A stretch of DNA of 64,000 nt. It comes from Clostridiales bacterium (GTDB lineage: Bacteria; Bacillota; Clostridia; Oscillospirales; Acutalibacteraceae). Positions within the stretch are counted from its first letter, which is position 1; every line of letters starts with the position of its first letter. Positions 1-9,367 of the stretch are shown one piece after another. The notes under the pieces are model-generated. The model was given only the letters and a program-made list of their open reading frames with translations. It had not been told where the DNA came from and searched no databases. The translations under genes were made by a program, and so were the position numbers. The stretch spans positions 9,529 to 73,528 of the forward strand of contig JAAYSC010000028.1 of NCBI GenBank assembly GCA_012524025.1, given 5' to 3'.

Positions 1-260
1 AGTTCTTTTTTGTAACCTTCGTTTACGCCGATTACCATGTTTGAAATCAAAGTTCTGGTCAGGCCGTGCAAAGATCTGCTTTCTTTACTGTCATTTGCGC
101 GGGTAACATTAATAGTGTCGCCGTCAAGTTCCAAAGCGATGTTTGAAGGCATGGTTTGCACAAGCTGGCCTTTGGGGCCCTTAACCGTTACCGTGCTGCC
201 GTCTATCTTAACTTCCACACCTGCGGGGACCGTAATGGGCATTTTACCTATTCTTGACAT
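1..260 (-). CDS. rplF: 50S ribosomal protein L6, N-terminal part (gene runs off the left window edge)
   Basis: Reverse translation from the ATG at 258-260 reads [33 protein letters not shown]..., a typical L6 N-terminus. It lies directly downstream of rpsH in canonical spc-operon order. It is absent from the ORF track because it is truncated. Confidence 0.9.
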   Translation of the reverse strand, partial: MSRIGKMPITVPAGVEVKIDGSTVTVKGPKGQLVQTMPSNIALELDGDTINVTRANDSKESRSLHGLTRTLISNMVIGVNEGYKKE

Positions 261-275
261 TTTGACAGCACCCCC

Positions 276-674
276 TTACCAGACATAAGCAAGAACTTCG
301 CCGCCGACATTGGCTTTGCGTGCGTCCTTGTCAGTCATTATACCCTTGGATGTGGAGAGGATGGCAACACCCAACCCCCTCATAACTTGAGGCATATCTT
401 CACAGTTTGTGTATATCCGCAAGCCGGGTTTTGAAACCCTGCGCAAGCCGGTTATAACCTGTGATTTATTCGAACCGTATTTTAAGATAACTTCGATAAC
501 ACCCTGTTTACCGTCGTCTGTCACCTTAAAGCTTTTGATATAACCCTCATCCACGAGAACTTGAGCAATCGCTTTCTTCGTGTTTGATGCGGGAATTTTC
601 ACCGTGTCGTGCTTGGCTGAACTCGCGTTGCGAATTCTTGTCAGCATATCGGCGATGGAATCCGTAATTTGCAT
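276..674 (-). CDS. rpsH: 30S ribosomal protein S8
   Basis: 132 aa, [17 protein letters not shown]... is the hallmark S8 N-terminus. Operon position between S14 and L6. Confidence 0.97.
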   Translation of the reverse strand: MQITDSIADMLTRIRNASSAKHDTVKIPASNTKKAIAQVLVDEGYIKSFKVTDDGKQGVIEVILKYGSNKSQVITGLRRVSKPGLRIYTNCEDMPQVMRGLGVAILSTSKGIMTDKDARKANVGGEVLAYVW

Positions 675-702
675 ACCTTAATCCTCCTTTGCAACTGCTC
701 TT

Positions 703-888
703 TTACCAGCTGGCCTTTCTTACGCCCGGGATTTGACCTGCATGGGCGAGTTCCCTGAAACAAATACGGCATACCCCATATTTGCGTATATAAGCGTGCG
801 GCCTGCCACAGATTTTGCACCTGTTGTATTGCCTTGAGGAATATTTTGCCGGTCTTGCTTGTTTAACCCTTAATGATTTTTTGGCCAC
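703..888 (-). CDS. rpsN: 30S ribosomal protein S14, zinc-binding type Z (61 aa)
   Basis: 61 aa with CKICGRPH...CRIC (CxxC...CxxC) and C-terminal ...RKASW, the short zinc form of S14. Located between rplE and rpsH. Confidence 0.95.
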   Translation of the reverse strand: MAKKSLRVKQARPAKYSSRQYNRCKICGRPHAYIRKYGVCRICFRELAHAGQIPGVRKASW

Positions 889-900
889 TGTTTTTCCTCC

Positions 901-1440
901 TTAACCTGCAAACGGGGCACCCATGAGCGACAAAAGCTCGCGTGCTTCCTCATCGGTATTTGCCGTTGTGATAAATGCGATGTCCATTCCCCTGACTTGG
1001 TCGATTTTATCATAATCGATTTCGGGGAAGATCAGTTGTTCTTTAAGACCCATTGAATAGTTGCCGCGCCCGTCGAAAGAGTTGGGGTTGATCCCCCTGA
1101 AGTCCCTTACACGCGGTAGGGCAATGTTGAAGAGCCTGTCCAGAAATTCGTACATTCTGTCACCCCTGAGGGTTACCTTGGAGCCGACAGTCATGCCTTC
1201 ACGCAGCTTAAAGTTTGCAACCGATTTTTTAGCCTTACAAATAATGGGTTTTTGACCCGTGATTTGTGTGAGGTCTGAAACAACCGCTTCAATAATCTTT
1301 GGATTGTCGCGTGCTTCACCACAAGCTACATTGACAACAATTTTTTCAAGCTTGGGGATTTGCATGACGCTTTTATATTCGAATTTCTTCATAAGAGCAG
1401 GCGCGACTTCTTTATCGTACATTTCTTTTAATCTTGCCAT
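901..1440 (-). CDS. rplE: 50S ribosomal protein L5
   Basis: 179 aa, [37 protein letters not shown]..., typical L5. Operon order. Confidence 0.97.
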   Translation of the reverse strand: MARLKEMYDKEVAPALMKKFEYKSVMQIPKLEKIVVNVACGEARDNPKIIEAVVSDLTQITGQKPIICKAKKSVANFKLREGMTVGSKVTLRGDRMYEFLDRLFNIALPRVRDFRGINPNSFDGRGNYSMGLKEQLIFPEIDYDKIDQVRGMDIAFITTANTDEEARELLSLMGAPFAG

Positions 1441-1455
1441 TTGTCATCTTCCCCC

Positions 1456-1785
1456 TTACTCAAATTCTGCCAAACAGTTCTTCTTTTTGCATGTGCGGAC
1501 CTTTTTGCCCTTGGCATTTATTTTGCTGCCTGTTCTGGTCGGGTTACCGCATTTTGGGCAAATAATCTGAACTTTTGATGCGTACAGAGCGCTTTCGGCT
1601 TGAACCAAACCACCGGGTTCGCCCATGGTACGCGGTTTTATATGTTTTGTGACTATGTTGACGCCTTCAACAATTACCTTGCCTTCTTTGGGGCTGACTT
1701 GCATAACCTTGCCCCTCTTGCCGCGGTATTTGCCGTTTATAACGACGACTTCATCACCGGTTCTTACATGTAGTTTTTTCTTCAT
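1456..1785 (-). CDS. rplX: 50S ribosomal protein L24, with an unusual four-Cys C-terminus
   Basis: KOW-type MKKKLHVRTGDEVVVINGKYRGKRGKV... The start was moved to the MKKK methionine (1785), 14 nt after the rplN stop. The C-terminus reads CPKCGNPTRTG...RTCKKKNC. Confidence 0.93.
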   Translation of the reverse strand: MKKKLHVRTGDEVVVINGKYRGKRGKVMQVSPKEGKVIVEGVNIVTKHIKPRTMGEPGGLVQAESALYASKVQIICPKCGNPTRTGSKINAKGKKVRTCKKKNCLAEFE

Positions 1786-1799
1786 AGTAGCTCCTCCCA

Positions 1800-2168
1800 T
1801 CAAAGCACTTCAGGCGCAAGGCTGAGGATTCTGAGATATTCTTTCTCACGAAGTTCCCTGGCCACCGGGCCGAATATGCGTGTGCCTCTGGGGTTCTTGT
1901 CATCATTGATGATAACGGCTGCATTTTCGTCAAAGCGAATGTAAGTGCCGTCTTTACGGCGAACGCCGCTTGCGGTACGGACCACAACTGCCCTTACAAT
2001 TTCACCTTTTTTAACAACGCCGCCGGGCGCTGCTTTTTTAACCGACGCTACGATGACATCGCCTATATTGGCATACCTCTTACCGGAACCGCCGAGCACG
2101 CGGATGCACATGATTTCCTTCGCGCCCGTGTTGTCGGCAATATTAAGGCGGGATTCTTGTTGTATCAT
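1800..2168 (-). CDS. rplN: 50S ribosomal protein L14
   Basis: 122 aa, [28 protein letters not shown]..., near-universal L14 sequence. Confidence 0.98.
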   Translation of the reverse strand: MIQQESRLNIADNTGAKEIMCIRVLGGSGKRYANIGDVIVASVKKAAPGGVVKKGEIVRAVVVRTASGVRRKDGTYIRFDENAAVIINDDKNPRGTRIFGPVARELREKEYLRILSLAPEVL

Positions 2169-2197
2169 TGTGTTTGCCTCCTTACACTTGCGCCAAA

Positions 2198-2455
2198 CTA
2201 TTTGGCTTTTTCAAGAACCTCAACCAAGCGCCATCTTTTGTCTTTAGACAACGGACGGGTTTCCATAACAAGCACGCGGTCGCCTATAGCGCACTCATTT
2301 TGCTCGTCATGGGCCTTGAGCTTAACGGTTCTGTTGATAATCTTTTTATAAAGCGGATGACTAACCTTGTCTTGAACAGAAACAACGATGGTTTTGTCCA
2401 TCTTGTCGCTGGTGACTATACCTACGCGGGTTTTTCTGAGATTTCTTTCGCTCAT
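2198..2455 (-). CDS. rpsQ: 30S ribosomal protein S17
   Basis: 85 aa, ...[19 protein letters not shown]...HPLYKK... is S17-like. Operon order. Confidence 0.95.
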   Translation of the reverse strand: MSERNLRKTRVGIVTSDKMDKTIVVSVQDKVSHPLYKKIINRTVKLKAHDEQNECAIGDRVLVMETRPLSKDKRWRLVEVLEKAK

Positions 2456-2475
2456 AGCTCTTCGCCTCCCTTTCC

Positions 2476-2679
2476 TTACGAGTTCTCGCCGTGTAATTGG
2501 ATATCGCGTTGAACTGTTTTTATACGAGCGATATTTTTCCTAACGGCACTGATTCGCATTGGATTATCGAGCTGGTTAATGGCTTGTTGGAAGCGCAGTT
2601 TAAAAAGCTCGTCCTTCAGCTCAAGCAGCTTAGCATCCAGCTCTTTTGCAGAAAGTTTTCTTATTTCAACGGCTTTCAT
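2476..2679 (-). CDS. rpmC: 50S ribosomal protein L29
   Basis: 67 aa, [31 protein letters not shown]..., typical L29. Confidence 0.95.
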   Translation of the reverse strand: MKAVEIRKLSAKELDAKLLELKDELFKLRFQQAINQLDNPMRISAVRKNIARIKTVQRDIQLHGENS

Positions 2680-3104
2680 TATTGCTCACCACCCGATCCT
2701 TCTTTAGATATAAACTTGCTCTTAATTGGCAGTTTATTGGCTGCAAGACGCATGGCCTCGCGTGCTGTTTCTTGGTCTACACCCGCTATTTCAAACATGA
2801 TCCTGTCGCGTTTGACAACCGCTACCCAGTGTGAGGGTGCACCTTTACCCGAACCCATTCGAGTTTCAGCGGGTTTTTCCGTTACTGACTTCTGGGGGAA
2901 AATTTTGATCCAAACCTGGCCGCCGCGCTTGATAGAGCGGGTCATGGCTATACGGGCTGCTTCGATTTGGTTGGAGGTAATCCAGGCTGATTCCATAGCC
3001 ATAAGGCCATATTCGCCGTAGGTGATTGTATTACCCCTGGAGGCGCTGCCTTTCATGCGGCCCCTGTGCTGCCTACGGTACTTGACGCGTTTTGGTAACA
3101 GCAT
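2679..3104 (-). CDS. rplP: 50S ribosomal protein L16
   Basis: 141 aa, [19 protein letters not shown]..., typical L16. Confidence 0.98.
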   Translation of the reverse strand: MLLPKRVKYRRQHRGRMKGSASRGNTITYGEYGLMAMESAWITSNQIEAARIAMTRSIKRGGQVWIKIFPQKSVTEKPAETRMGSGKGAPSHWVAVVKRDRIMFEIAGVDQETAREAMRLAANKLPIKSKFISKEGSGGEQ

Positions 3105-3772
3105 TATTTAGCTCCCCCTTCCCTTCGCGGTCTGCGGCTGTCGTGGAGAATCTCGCCCATGTAAATCCATACTTTTACGCCAATCTTTCCATAGGTGGTG
3201 TTTGCCTCGGCAAAACCGTAGTCAATATTGGCCCTTATGGTTTGCAAGGGGATGGATCCTTCATGATAGTGTTCGGTGCGGGCAATTTCCGCGCCGCCCA
3301 GCCTGCCTGATACTTGTGTTTTTATGCCCCGTGCTCCAACGCGCATGGTGCGGCCGATAGCTTGCTTCAATGCACGGCGAAATGATACACGCCTTTCTAA
3401 TTGAGCCGCAATGCTTTCGGCTACCAGTTGTGCATTGAGGTCGGGCTGTTTAACTTCGACGATTTTAAGAGAAACCTCTTTACCGCCTAACTTTTTTTCG
3501 CAAATTAACTTAAGTTTTTCAATTTCCGAACCCGAGCGGCCTATGACCATGCCGGGTTTGGCGCAGTGAATGGTGATGTGAACGCGCTTTGCATCGCGTT
3601 CGATCTCAACCTTGGGTACCCCTGCAGGAGCAAGAATTTCCAATAAGTAATTGCGAAGATTATAGTCTTCTACCAGTATGTCACCAAAGTCGGAAGAATT
3701 GGCATACCAGCGTGATTCCCAATCTTTTATAACGCCGACTCTGAATCCGTTTGGATTAATTTTTTGTCCCAT
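3104..3772 (-). CDS. rpsC: 30S ribosomal protein S3
   Basis: 222 aa, [24 protein letters not shown]..., typical S3. Confidence 0.98.
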   Translation of the reverse strand: MGQKINPNGFRVGVIKDWESRWYANSSDFGDILVEDYNLRNYLLEILAPAGVPKVEIERDAKRVHITIHCAKPGMVIGRSGSEIEKLKLICEKKLGGKEVSLKIVEVKQPDLNAQLVAESIAAQLERRVSFRRALKQAIGRTMRVGARGIKTQVSGRLGGAEIARTEHYHEGSIPLQTIRANIDYGFAEANTTYGKIGVKVWIYMGEILHDSRRPRREGGAK

Positions 3773-3791
3773 TGTTCAACCTCCTCCTCGC

Positions 3792-4127
3792 CTATTCCTT
3801 TTCCTTGAGTACAAGGGTAATGTGTGATGTCTTCTTGTTAATCCTAAAGGCTCTGCCTTGAGCTCGGGGCCTTATCCTCTTAAGGGTGGGGCCTTGGCTT
3901 ACATGACATTCAGCCACATAGAGATTTTCAATATCCATATTCTTATTGTTTTCCGCATTGGCCATAGCGGAGTTTAAAAGCTTTTCCAAGGGTTCACACG
4001 CGGCCTTGGGCGTGTGTTTCAAAATCGCCATAGCCTTGTCGGCCGGCTTGTTGCGAATAAGGTCAAGAACTATCTTAACTTTTCGCGGCGCGATGCGTAC
4101 ATAAGTAGCTTTAGCAGTTGCTTGCAT
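3792..4127 (-). CDS. rplV: 50S ribosomal protein L22
   Basis: 111 aa, ...[21 protein letters not shown]..., L22-like. Operon order. Confidence 0.95.
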   Translation of the reverse strand: MQATAKATYVRIAPRKVKIVLDLIRNKPADKAMAILKHTPKAACEPLEKLLNSAMANAENNKNMDIENLYVAECHVSQGPTLKRIRPRAQGRAFRINKKTSHITLVLKEKE

Positions 4128-4153
4128 GAAAATTCACACTCCTTCTGACCGTG

Positions 4154-4432
4154 TTATCTTGCTCCCGATGTTTTAGAACCGGGGTGCCCTCTAAAAATTC
4201 TTGTTGGGGCGAATTCACCTAGTTTGTGACCGACCATATCTTCTGTTACATAAACCGGAACATGTTTGCGACCGTCGTGAACAGCAAAGGTGTGGCCAAC
4301 AAAATCCGGGAAGATTGTTGAACTGCGGCTCCAAGTTTTTAAGACCTGCTTTTTGCCGGTTTTATTCATTTCCCTTACTCTTTTAAGCAATACTGCTTGT
4401 ACATAAGGTCCTTTTTTTACACTTCTGCCCAT
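4154..4432 (-). CDS. rpsS: 30S ribosomal protein S19
   Basis: 92 aa, [11 protein letters not shown]...[42 protein letters not shown]..., typical S19. Confidence 0.98.
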   Translation of the reverse strand: MGRSVKKGPYVQAVLLKRVREMNKTGKKQVLKTWSRSSTIFPDFVGHTFAVHDGRKHVPVYVTEDMVGHKLGEFAPTRIFRGHPGSKTSGAR

Positions 4433-4453
4433 ATTTTAAGCTCCTTTCACCTA

Positions 4454-5287
4454 TTATTTGCTACCACGGCGTTTAACAATCAATTGATTTGATTTCTTCT
4501 TCCTCTTTCTTGTCTTGCGACCCAGAGCGGGTTTACCCCAAGGGGTAAGCGGGCTGGGCATGCCTATGGAAGTTCTGCCCTCACCACCGCCGTGCGGGTG
4601 ATCGTTGGGGTTCATTGCAGAACCGCGGACAGTCGGCCGCCAACCCATATGGCGTTTGCGACCGGCTTTTCCGATCTTAATGTTTTCATGCTCTTCATTG
4701 CCGACATGACCGATGGTTGCCATACAGTTTGCCGGAACATTGCGTATTTCGCCGGAAGGCAAACGCAAAAGAGCATAGGGCCCTTCTTTTGCCATAAGGT
4801 GTGCCGCATTACCGGCCGAGCGTGCCAGTTGACCGCCCCTGCCCGGATAAAGCTCAACATTATGTATTACGGTACCTGTCGGGATATTTGCCAAGGGCAA
4901 AGCATTGCCGGGCTTAATGTCTGCATTGGGGCCGGATATGACCGTATCGCCGATTTTAAGGCCCGAGGGTGCCAAAATATAGCTTTTAACACCGTCTTCG
5001 TATTGAATAAGGCTGATATAGGCCGAACGATTTGGGTCGTATTCAAGGGTTAAAACTTCTGCCGGCATATCAAACTTATTTCTCTTGAAATCAATTACCC
5101 TGTATTTTTTGCGATTACCGCCGCCGCGATGACGAACCGTGATTACACCGCGGTTGTTCCTGCCGGCTTTTTTGTTGAGCGGTTGCAAGAGACTTTTTTC
5201 GGGTGCTACCTTTGAAAGGCCCGAATAGTCGGCACCGGTCATGTTACGCCTGGCGTTGGTTGTAGGTTTATAAACTTTGTTTGACAT
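4454..5287 (-). CDS. rplB: 50S ribosomal protein L2
   Basis: [17 protein letters not shown]... and ...HPHGGGEGR... are L2 hallmarks. The start was trimmed to the ATG at 5285-5287, preceded by GGGAGAG 8 nt upstream. The track ORF extends 16 codons further with an SD that is too close. Confidence 0.95.
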   Translation of the reverse strand: MSNKVYKPTTNARRNMTGADYSGLSKVAPEKSLLQPLNKKAGRNNRGVITVRHRGGGNRKKYRVIDFKRNKFDMPAEVLTLEYDPNRSAYISLIQYEDGVKSYILAPSGLKIGDTVISGPNADIKPGNALPLANIPTGTVIHNVELYPGRGGQLARSAGNAAHLMAKEGPYALLRLPSGEIRNVPANCMATIGHVGNEEHENIKIGKAGRKRHMGWRPTVRGSAMNPNDHPHGGGEGRTSIGMPSPLTPWGKPALGRKTRKRKKKSNQLIVKRRGSK

Positions 5288-5362
5288 TAATTTCACTCTC
5301 CCAAAAGCGGCTTCGCGGAGTATGTCATGCTCCATACCTCACCGCCGGAATTTTTGGTCTTA

Positions 5363-5659
5363 TCAGACCATGCCATCGAAGAAGTCGATGGTCTTGGAAT
5401 CTTCTGTCAGGGTAACAATCGCCTTTTTCCAAGAACGAGTGTAGCCCTCAAACCTGCCTTGACGGCGAAGTTTGCCACGCACATGGCTGGTGTTGACTTT
5501 TTTAACTTCAACATTAAAAAGTTCTTCAACAGCTTTGGCTATTTCGATTTTATTGGCTTTCTTGTCAACCTCGAAGGTGTACTTCTTCAGCATTGTGGCA
5601 TCCATACTGGCTTCGGAAATAATGGGACGCAAAATAATATCTTGAGCTAACTTACTCAT
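5363..5659 (-). CDS. rplW: 50S ribosomal protein L23
   Basis: 98 aa, position between rplD and rplB, ...[23 protein letters not shown]... is L23-like. Confidence 0.93.
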   Translation of the reverse strand: MSKLAQDIILRPIISEASMDATMLKKYTFEVDKKANKIEIAKAVEELFNVEVKKVNTSHVRGKLRRQGRFEGYTRSWKKAIVTLTEDSKTIDFFDGMV

Positions 5660-6279
5660 ACATATACCTCCTCAATCTTGGCTACGGCATCCTTCAAGAC
5701 AAGCAAGGTGTCACAGTTGAGGATGTCATAAACATTGAGTGTATTTACAAGCGTGGTTTTTACGCCTTCAATGTTACGCGCACTTCTGTAAATAATATCG
5801 TCCTTTTCGGGCAAAACTATAAGAGTTTTGCGGCCGGTTTCAAGGGCCGAGAGGACCTTGACGATTTCTTTGGTCTTGATTTCTTCAAGGGTGAATTTGT
5901 CAAGCACCAACATTTCTTCAGCCGCAACCTTGGATGAAAGGGCTGATTTCATGGCCAGCCTTCTGACCTTTTTGTTGATGGATTTTTTATAGGTGCGCGG
6001 TTTGGGGCCCAGTGCCACACCGCCGCCTACCCATTGAGGTGAACGGATTGAACCGTGTCGGGCACGACCGGTACCCTTTTGGCGCCAGGGTTTTCTACCG
6101 CCGCCGCGGACTTCCGAACGCGTCTTGGTTGATTGGGTGCCTTGGCGTTTGTTTGCCAAATGACCGACAACACACAAATGCATTGCGGAAACATTGGGCT
6201 CGATTGCGAAAATTTCTTCGGCAAGCGTAAGGTCGGAGACCTTTTTGCCCTTTTCGTCAAAAACTGATAATTTTGGCAT
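5656..6279 (-). CDS. rplD: 50S ribosomal protein L4
   Basis: 207 aa, ...[43 protein letters not shown]..., typical L4. Its stop overlaps the rplW start (ATGA). Confidence 0.97.
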   Translation of the reverse strand: MPKLSVFDEKGKKVSDLTLAEEIFAIEPNVSAMHLCVVGHLANKRQGTQSTKTRSEVRGGGRKPWRQKGTGRARHGSIRSPQWVGGGVALGPKPRTYKKSINKKVRRLAMKSALSSKVAAEEMLVLDKFTLEEIKTKEIVKVLSALETGRKTLIVLPEKDDIIYRSARNIEGVKTTLVNTLNVYDILNCDTLLVLKDAVAKIEEVYV

Positions 6280-6295
6280 TGTTTTCCGCTCCTTC

Positions 6296-6928
6296 CTATG
6301 CCTTAATGCTGGTGCTGATCATAACAATGCCACCCTTGGCACCGGGTACGGCACCTTTAAGGGCAATCAGATTGTTTTCAGCATCAACCTTAACTACAGT
6401 GAGATTTTTGATGGTAACCCTTTCCCTGCCCATATGGCCGGGGAGTTTTTTACCCTTATAAACTTTGCCGGGATCGGCACATGCACCTATTGCACCGGGG
6501 TGCCTTACAACCGAAGAGGTGCCGTGTGTTGTTTTCATCTTGGCAAAGCCCCATCTTTTAACGGTGCCCGCCCAGCCCTTACCTTTACTGGTGCCGACAA
6601 CATCAACACGGTCGCCTTCTTGGAAGGTGTCCGCCTTGATAATGTCACCTACATTTAAGCCGTCGAAGTCTATCCTTCTAAACTCCCTAAGATTTTTCTT
6701 GGCACCGACTTTTTGCTTATCAAAGTGACCCTTGAGCGGTTTGTTAAGGCGCTGAACCTTAATATCACCAAAACCCAATTGCAGGGCTTCGTAACCGTCG
6801 TTATCCAAAGTTTTTTTCATAACCACCGGGCAGGGACCCGCCTCAATAACGGTGACCGGGATAACAGTGCCCTTTTCGTCAAAAACTTGTGTCATTCCAA
6901 GTTTTTTGCCAATGATTGCTTTTTGCAT
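6296..6928 (-). CDS. rplC: 50S ribosomal protein L3
   Basis: 210 aa, [20 protein letters not shown]...[16 protein letters not shown]..., typical L3. Confidence 0.97.
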   Translation of the reverse strand: MQKAIIGKKLGMTQVFDEKGTVIPVTVIEAGPCPVVMKKTLDNDGYEALQLGFGDIKVQRLNKPLKGHFDKQKVGAKKNLREFRRIDFDGLNVGDIIKADTFQEGDRVDVVGTSKGKGWAGTVKRWGFAKMKTTHGTSSVVRHPGAIGACADPGKVYKGKKLPGHMGRERVTIKNLTVVKVDAENNLIALKGAVPGAKGGIVMISTSIKA

Positions 6929-7055
6929 TTTCTTCCTCCTTACAGGTTATTGGTTGGCTTGGCCAACATGACCTTCAGTGCTGAAAACAGAGCTTTTCTT
7001 CCACACTATATTACTTAACGCTTGTGATGCGCATTATATAATGTAATATGTATTG

Positions 7056-7367
7056 CTACAGTTTAATCTCAATTTCAACACCGGCCGGGAGCTCGAGCCC
7101 GGTGAGCGCTTCGACGGTTTTGGCCGACGGCCTGACAATGTCGATAAGCCTCTTGTGTGTTCTTTGTTCAAACTGTTCGCGAGCGTCCTTATATTTATGA
7201 ACTGCGCGCAAGACCGTGATAATCTCTTTTTCGGTCGGGAGCGGTACCGGACCGGAAACTTGTGCGTTTGTACGCTTTGCCGTTTCAACTATCTTTTCCG
7301 CCGACTTGTCTAAAAGATTGTGGTCATAACTTTTGAGCCTGATTCTGATCTTCCCTTTAACTGCCAT
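7056..7367 (-). CDS. rpsJ: 30S ribosomal protein S10
   Basis: 103 aa, ...[28 protein letters not shown]...PLPTEK..., typical S10. First gene of the operon; SD GAGGAGG upstream. Confidence 0.97.
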   Translation of the reverse strand: MAVKGKIRIRLKSYDHNLLDKSAEKIVETAKRTNAQVSGPVPLPTEKEIITVLRAVHKYKDAREQFEQRTHKRLIDIVRPSAKTVEALTGLELPAGVEIEIKL

Positions 7368-7640
7368 TATTTTTACGCCTCCTCAAATTGGCGGGCTGTG
7401 CAAATTTGTGACACGGGACCGTGCGTCCTGTTTCGTCTGCCTGAAAAACCCCGAAAACAATGTCCGGGGTTGACCGACCTATTTGCACTACCCCACAAAG
7501 CAAGGCCGCCGGGAATGCGGCTTTAACTTTAGGGATAAGTTTCGCCCGGTTTAAAATCGGACATACTCATCGAAAATTCCCCACCTCAAGGGGTGGCCAC
7601 CTTTCGAATCATCGCATATCTGCCGTCTAAAAACATTTTT
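7368..7640 (-). promoter_or_regulatory. Long GC-rich structured 5' leader of the S10 operon
   Basis: About 270 nt without a credible ORF between the lipoprotein gene region and rpsJ. It contains several hairpins on the minus strand, for example around 7575-7605 (tcgaaaggtggccaccccttgaggtggggaattttcga). No clean sigma-A promoter could be fixed by eye. Confidence 0.35.
7444..7472 (-). terminator. Terminator/attenuator-like hairpin about 75 nt upstream of the rpsJ start
   Basis: Minus strand reads caACCCCGgacattgttttCGGGGTTttt: a 7-bp stem, an 11-nt loop and a U-run. Confidence 0.35.
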
Positions 7641-7755
7641 GGGCACAATAAGCCCTGTCAATAAGAACAGCCTTGACATACTAACACAAGCAAAAACCAT
7701 TTGCAAGCAAAATTTGAGTTTTTTTATGTTTTTAGTGCTTTTGACTGATTATTGC

Positions 7756-8460
7756 TCATCTTGGCTGCTTACTCATAGCGTTTTTGTAGAGAGCCCGGGC
7801 CAAAATCTTGTTATTTCCTTCCTTACCCTCTTGCCACATATCATCTTCTATTGTTTTGTCGCTATACATAACTCGCATATCCGTCAAAGTTTTTTCGGAT
7901 TTGTCGCGGGAGGAGAAAATAAATATTGTGGCCCCCTTCTTGTTTTTTGTTGCACTTAATCTTTGAGGCTCGATCTTAAGTTTCTTGGAAGCTGCCAAGA
8001 TATGAGGGTCATTGGGATTTTCCGTGTAAGTTATAAGGTCCCCTGTGGCAACCGACTCATAAGACCATTCCTTATAAGTGCCCGGCTTTTCTGTGTTTGC
8101 AGCCTTGGTCGTGGTGGTAGCTTTGCCCCCGCTTGTTTCTTGAGTTTGTTTTACAGTGCTCGCTTGCGTCTTGTTTGGGGCGGTCTCATCTTTAGGGCTA
8201 CTGACAGTTTTGTCTGCGGGCGTTTGGCTTTGTGTGCCGCTTGAATTGTCTGCCTCACCATCTTGGCTTGGCTGCTCGCTAACTTCGTCAAGGGGCAATG
8301 TGTCCGAAGGTGTGCTTTGCTCACTTTGAAGAAGGTCCGGTTTTTTCGTCGGCATATCATCTTGCCCTTTGCCTGAGTTGCAAGAACTCAAAAGCATGAC
8401 CAAGGCAAACACCAAGATAAAAAAGCTTGACAATTTGTATTTTAAAATCAAACTAAACAC
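7756..8460 (-). CDS. Hypothetical lipoprotein with a Ser/Thr/Gln/Pro-rich linker
   Basis: N-terminus ...KYKLSSFFILVFALVMLLSSCNSG has a lipobox (LLSS|C). A roughly 110-aa low-complexity region precedes a 100-aa C-terminal domain. The start (GTG 8460 or TTG 8451) is uncertain. Confidence 0.6.
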   Translation of the reverse strand: MFSLILKYKLSSFFILVFALVMLLSSCNSGKGQDDMPTKKPDLLQSEQSTPSDTLPLDEVSEQPSQDGEADNSSGTQSQTPADKTVSSPKDETAPNKTQASTVKQTQETSGGKATTTTKAANTEKPGTYKEWSYESVATGDLITYTENPNDPHILAASKKLKIEPQRLSATKNKKGATIFIFSSRDKSEKTLTDMRVMYSDKTIEDDMWQEGKEGNNKILARALYKNAMSKQPR

Positions 8461-8496
8461 CTCAAAATATAATTAGTTGACAATAAATCTTCAGGG

Positions 8497-8524
8497 AAAA
8501 ACAGCGCGGCTTGTGCCGCGCTGT
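8497..8524 (-). terminator. Intrinsic terminator after small peptide gene 1
   Basis: Minus strand CAGCGCGGCacaaGCCGCGCTGttttt, 27 nt downstream of the peptide-1 stop. Confidence 0.8.
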
Positions 8525-8550
8525 AATTTACTCATAAGAGTCGACATCCT

Positions 8551-8709
8551 TTAACCGATAAGAGACATGACAATTTCAATTACGGGAGCAACCAAGTTTG
8601 TAATCATCTGAACAATGTCGTGGTCTAAAATACCTTTAATCAATTCAAGAACTTCGCGTATCTCACCGATATTGTCTATGAAACCGCCCAGGATATTAAT
8701 TAAATCCAT
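8551..8709 (-). CDS. Small leaderless amphipathic anionic peptide 1 (52 aa)
   Basis: ATG at 8707-8709 with SD AGGTAGGTGA 5 nt upstream. Translation MDLINILGGFIDNIGEIREVLELIKGILDHDIVQMITNLVAPVIEIVMSLIG, followed by its own terminator. Below the ORF-track length cutoff. Confidence 0.6.
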   Translation of the reverse strand: MDLINILGGFIDNIGEIREVLELIKGILDHDIVQMITNLVAPVIEIVMSLIG

Positions 8710-8838
8710 TACTTTCACCTACCTTTTTAAAAACAGCAGTTGATAAACCGCCTGCTCGCAGTTTACCACAAAAAAATGTAACCTTGTTTCCTTTAAGGAA
8801 TTTCAGCTTTTATTCTTTCGCTCGACAATCTCATCCTC

Positions 8839-8877
8839 AAAAGAAGAAAGGCACGGCTTTTGAAGCAGCCGTGCCCT
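8839..8877 (-). terminator. Intrinsic terminator after small peptide gene 2
   Basis: Minus strand GGGCACGGCTgcttcaaaAGCCGTGCCtttcttctttt, about 18 nt downstream of the peptide-2 stop. Confidence 0.75.
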
Positions 8878-8894
8878 TGCAAGCTTTGTTCAAC

Positions 8895-9023
8895 CTAAAA
8901 GCCAAAGAAATTAGCCAGAAAACCAACAATACCGCTGATAATGTTAAAGTTTTCCAAAAAATGCTTGAAATCGATCCCTTTGACCAATGACGGTAAAATC
9001 TCTAAAAGAAAGCTCCAGTCCAT
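8895..9023 (-). CDS. Small leaderless amphipathic peptide 2 (42 aa, C-terminal FFGF)
   Basis: ATG at 9021-9023 with SD GGGGGTGA 5 nt upstream. Translation MDWSFLLEILPSLVKGIDFKHFLENFNIISGIVGFLANFFGF. It has its own consensus promoter and terminator. Confidence 0.65.
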   Translation of the reverse strand: MDWSFLLEILPSLVKGIDFKHFLENFNIISGIVGFLANFFGF

Positions 9024-9151
9024 CAATTTCACCCCCTAAATAAAAATTTGCCCAGTTTCACTTTCATGGCGGCAAGGGCCGGACAAAAAATGAAACTTAA
9101 AACACTGCACAAATCCCTGCCCATAAGGGGCAAGGATTTATTGTGTAGCTA

Positions 9152-9180
9152 ATATTAGCAACTTACTTCTTTTTTGTCAA
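9152..9180 (-). promoter_or_regulatory. Sigma-A promoter of peptide gene 2
   Basis: Minus strand TTGACA (9175-9180), a 17-nt spacer, then TAATAT (9152-9157). The roughly 120-nt leader contains a 12-bp hairpin AAATCCTTGCCCcttatGGGCAGGGATTT. Confidence 0.7.
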
Positions 9181-9181
9181 G

Positions 9182-9229
9182 TAAAACAAGGAGGGCAGCA
9201 CGAAGCCGCCTTCCTTGTTTTTGTTTTTT
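9182..9229. terminator. Hairpin terminator after peptide gene 3 (the T-run is stronger on the plus side)
   Basis: Stem 9187-9198 pairs with 9206-9217 (caaggagggcag / ccgccttccttg, one mismatch). The flanks are TTTTA on the minus strand and TTTTTGTTTTTT on the plus strand. Confidence 0.55.
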
Positions 9230-9235
9230 CGTCGA

Positions 9236-9367
9236 TTAGGCAAAAAGACCCATGATAAAGTCGAGCGCTTCACCAAAGAAGCCCGAGATCGTCTCAATAA
9301 TTTCTTCACCTAAAACCGATGAAAGGAGTTCAAATATTTGTGCAAAAATTTCATTGAGCATTTCCAT
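9236..9367 (-). CDS. Small leaderless amphipathic anionic peptide 3 (43 aa, no basic residue)
   Basis: ATG at 9365-9367 with SD GGGAGGTG 6 nt upstream. Translation MEMLNEIFAQIFELLSSVLGEEIIETISGFFGEALDFIMGLFA. An extended -10 TGgTAATAT lies at 9421-9429, and a 7-bp hairpin (GGTGCCCcttGGGCACC) is in the leader. Confidence 0.6.
   Translation of the reverse strand: MEMLNEIFAQIFELLSSVLGEEIIETISGFFGEALDFIMGLFA

Noticed and set aside
37-288. 83-aa plus-strand ORF at the left edge
   Set aside because: It lies antisense to a clear L6 (rplF) coding sequence. Its Leu/Ser/Pro-rich composition is typical of antisense frames.
4592-5053. 153-aa plus-strand ORF, with similar ones at 1259-1570, 2497-3021, 6194-6658 and 7053-7313
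   Set aside because: All lie antisense inside universally conserved ribosomal protein genes. None has an SD, and all have biased composition.
7639-7959. 106-aa plus-strand ORF upstream of the S10 leader
   Set aside because: It mostly lies antisense to the 3' part of the lipoprotein gene. It has no SD and its hydrophobic composition is an artefact.
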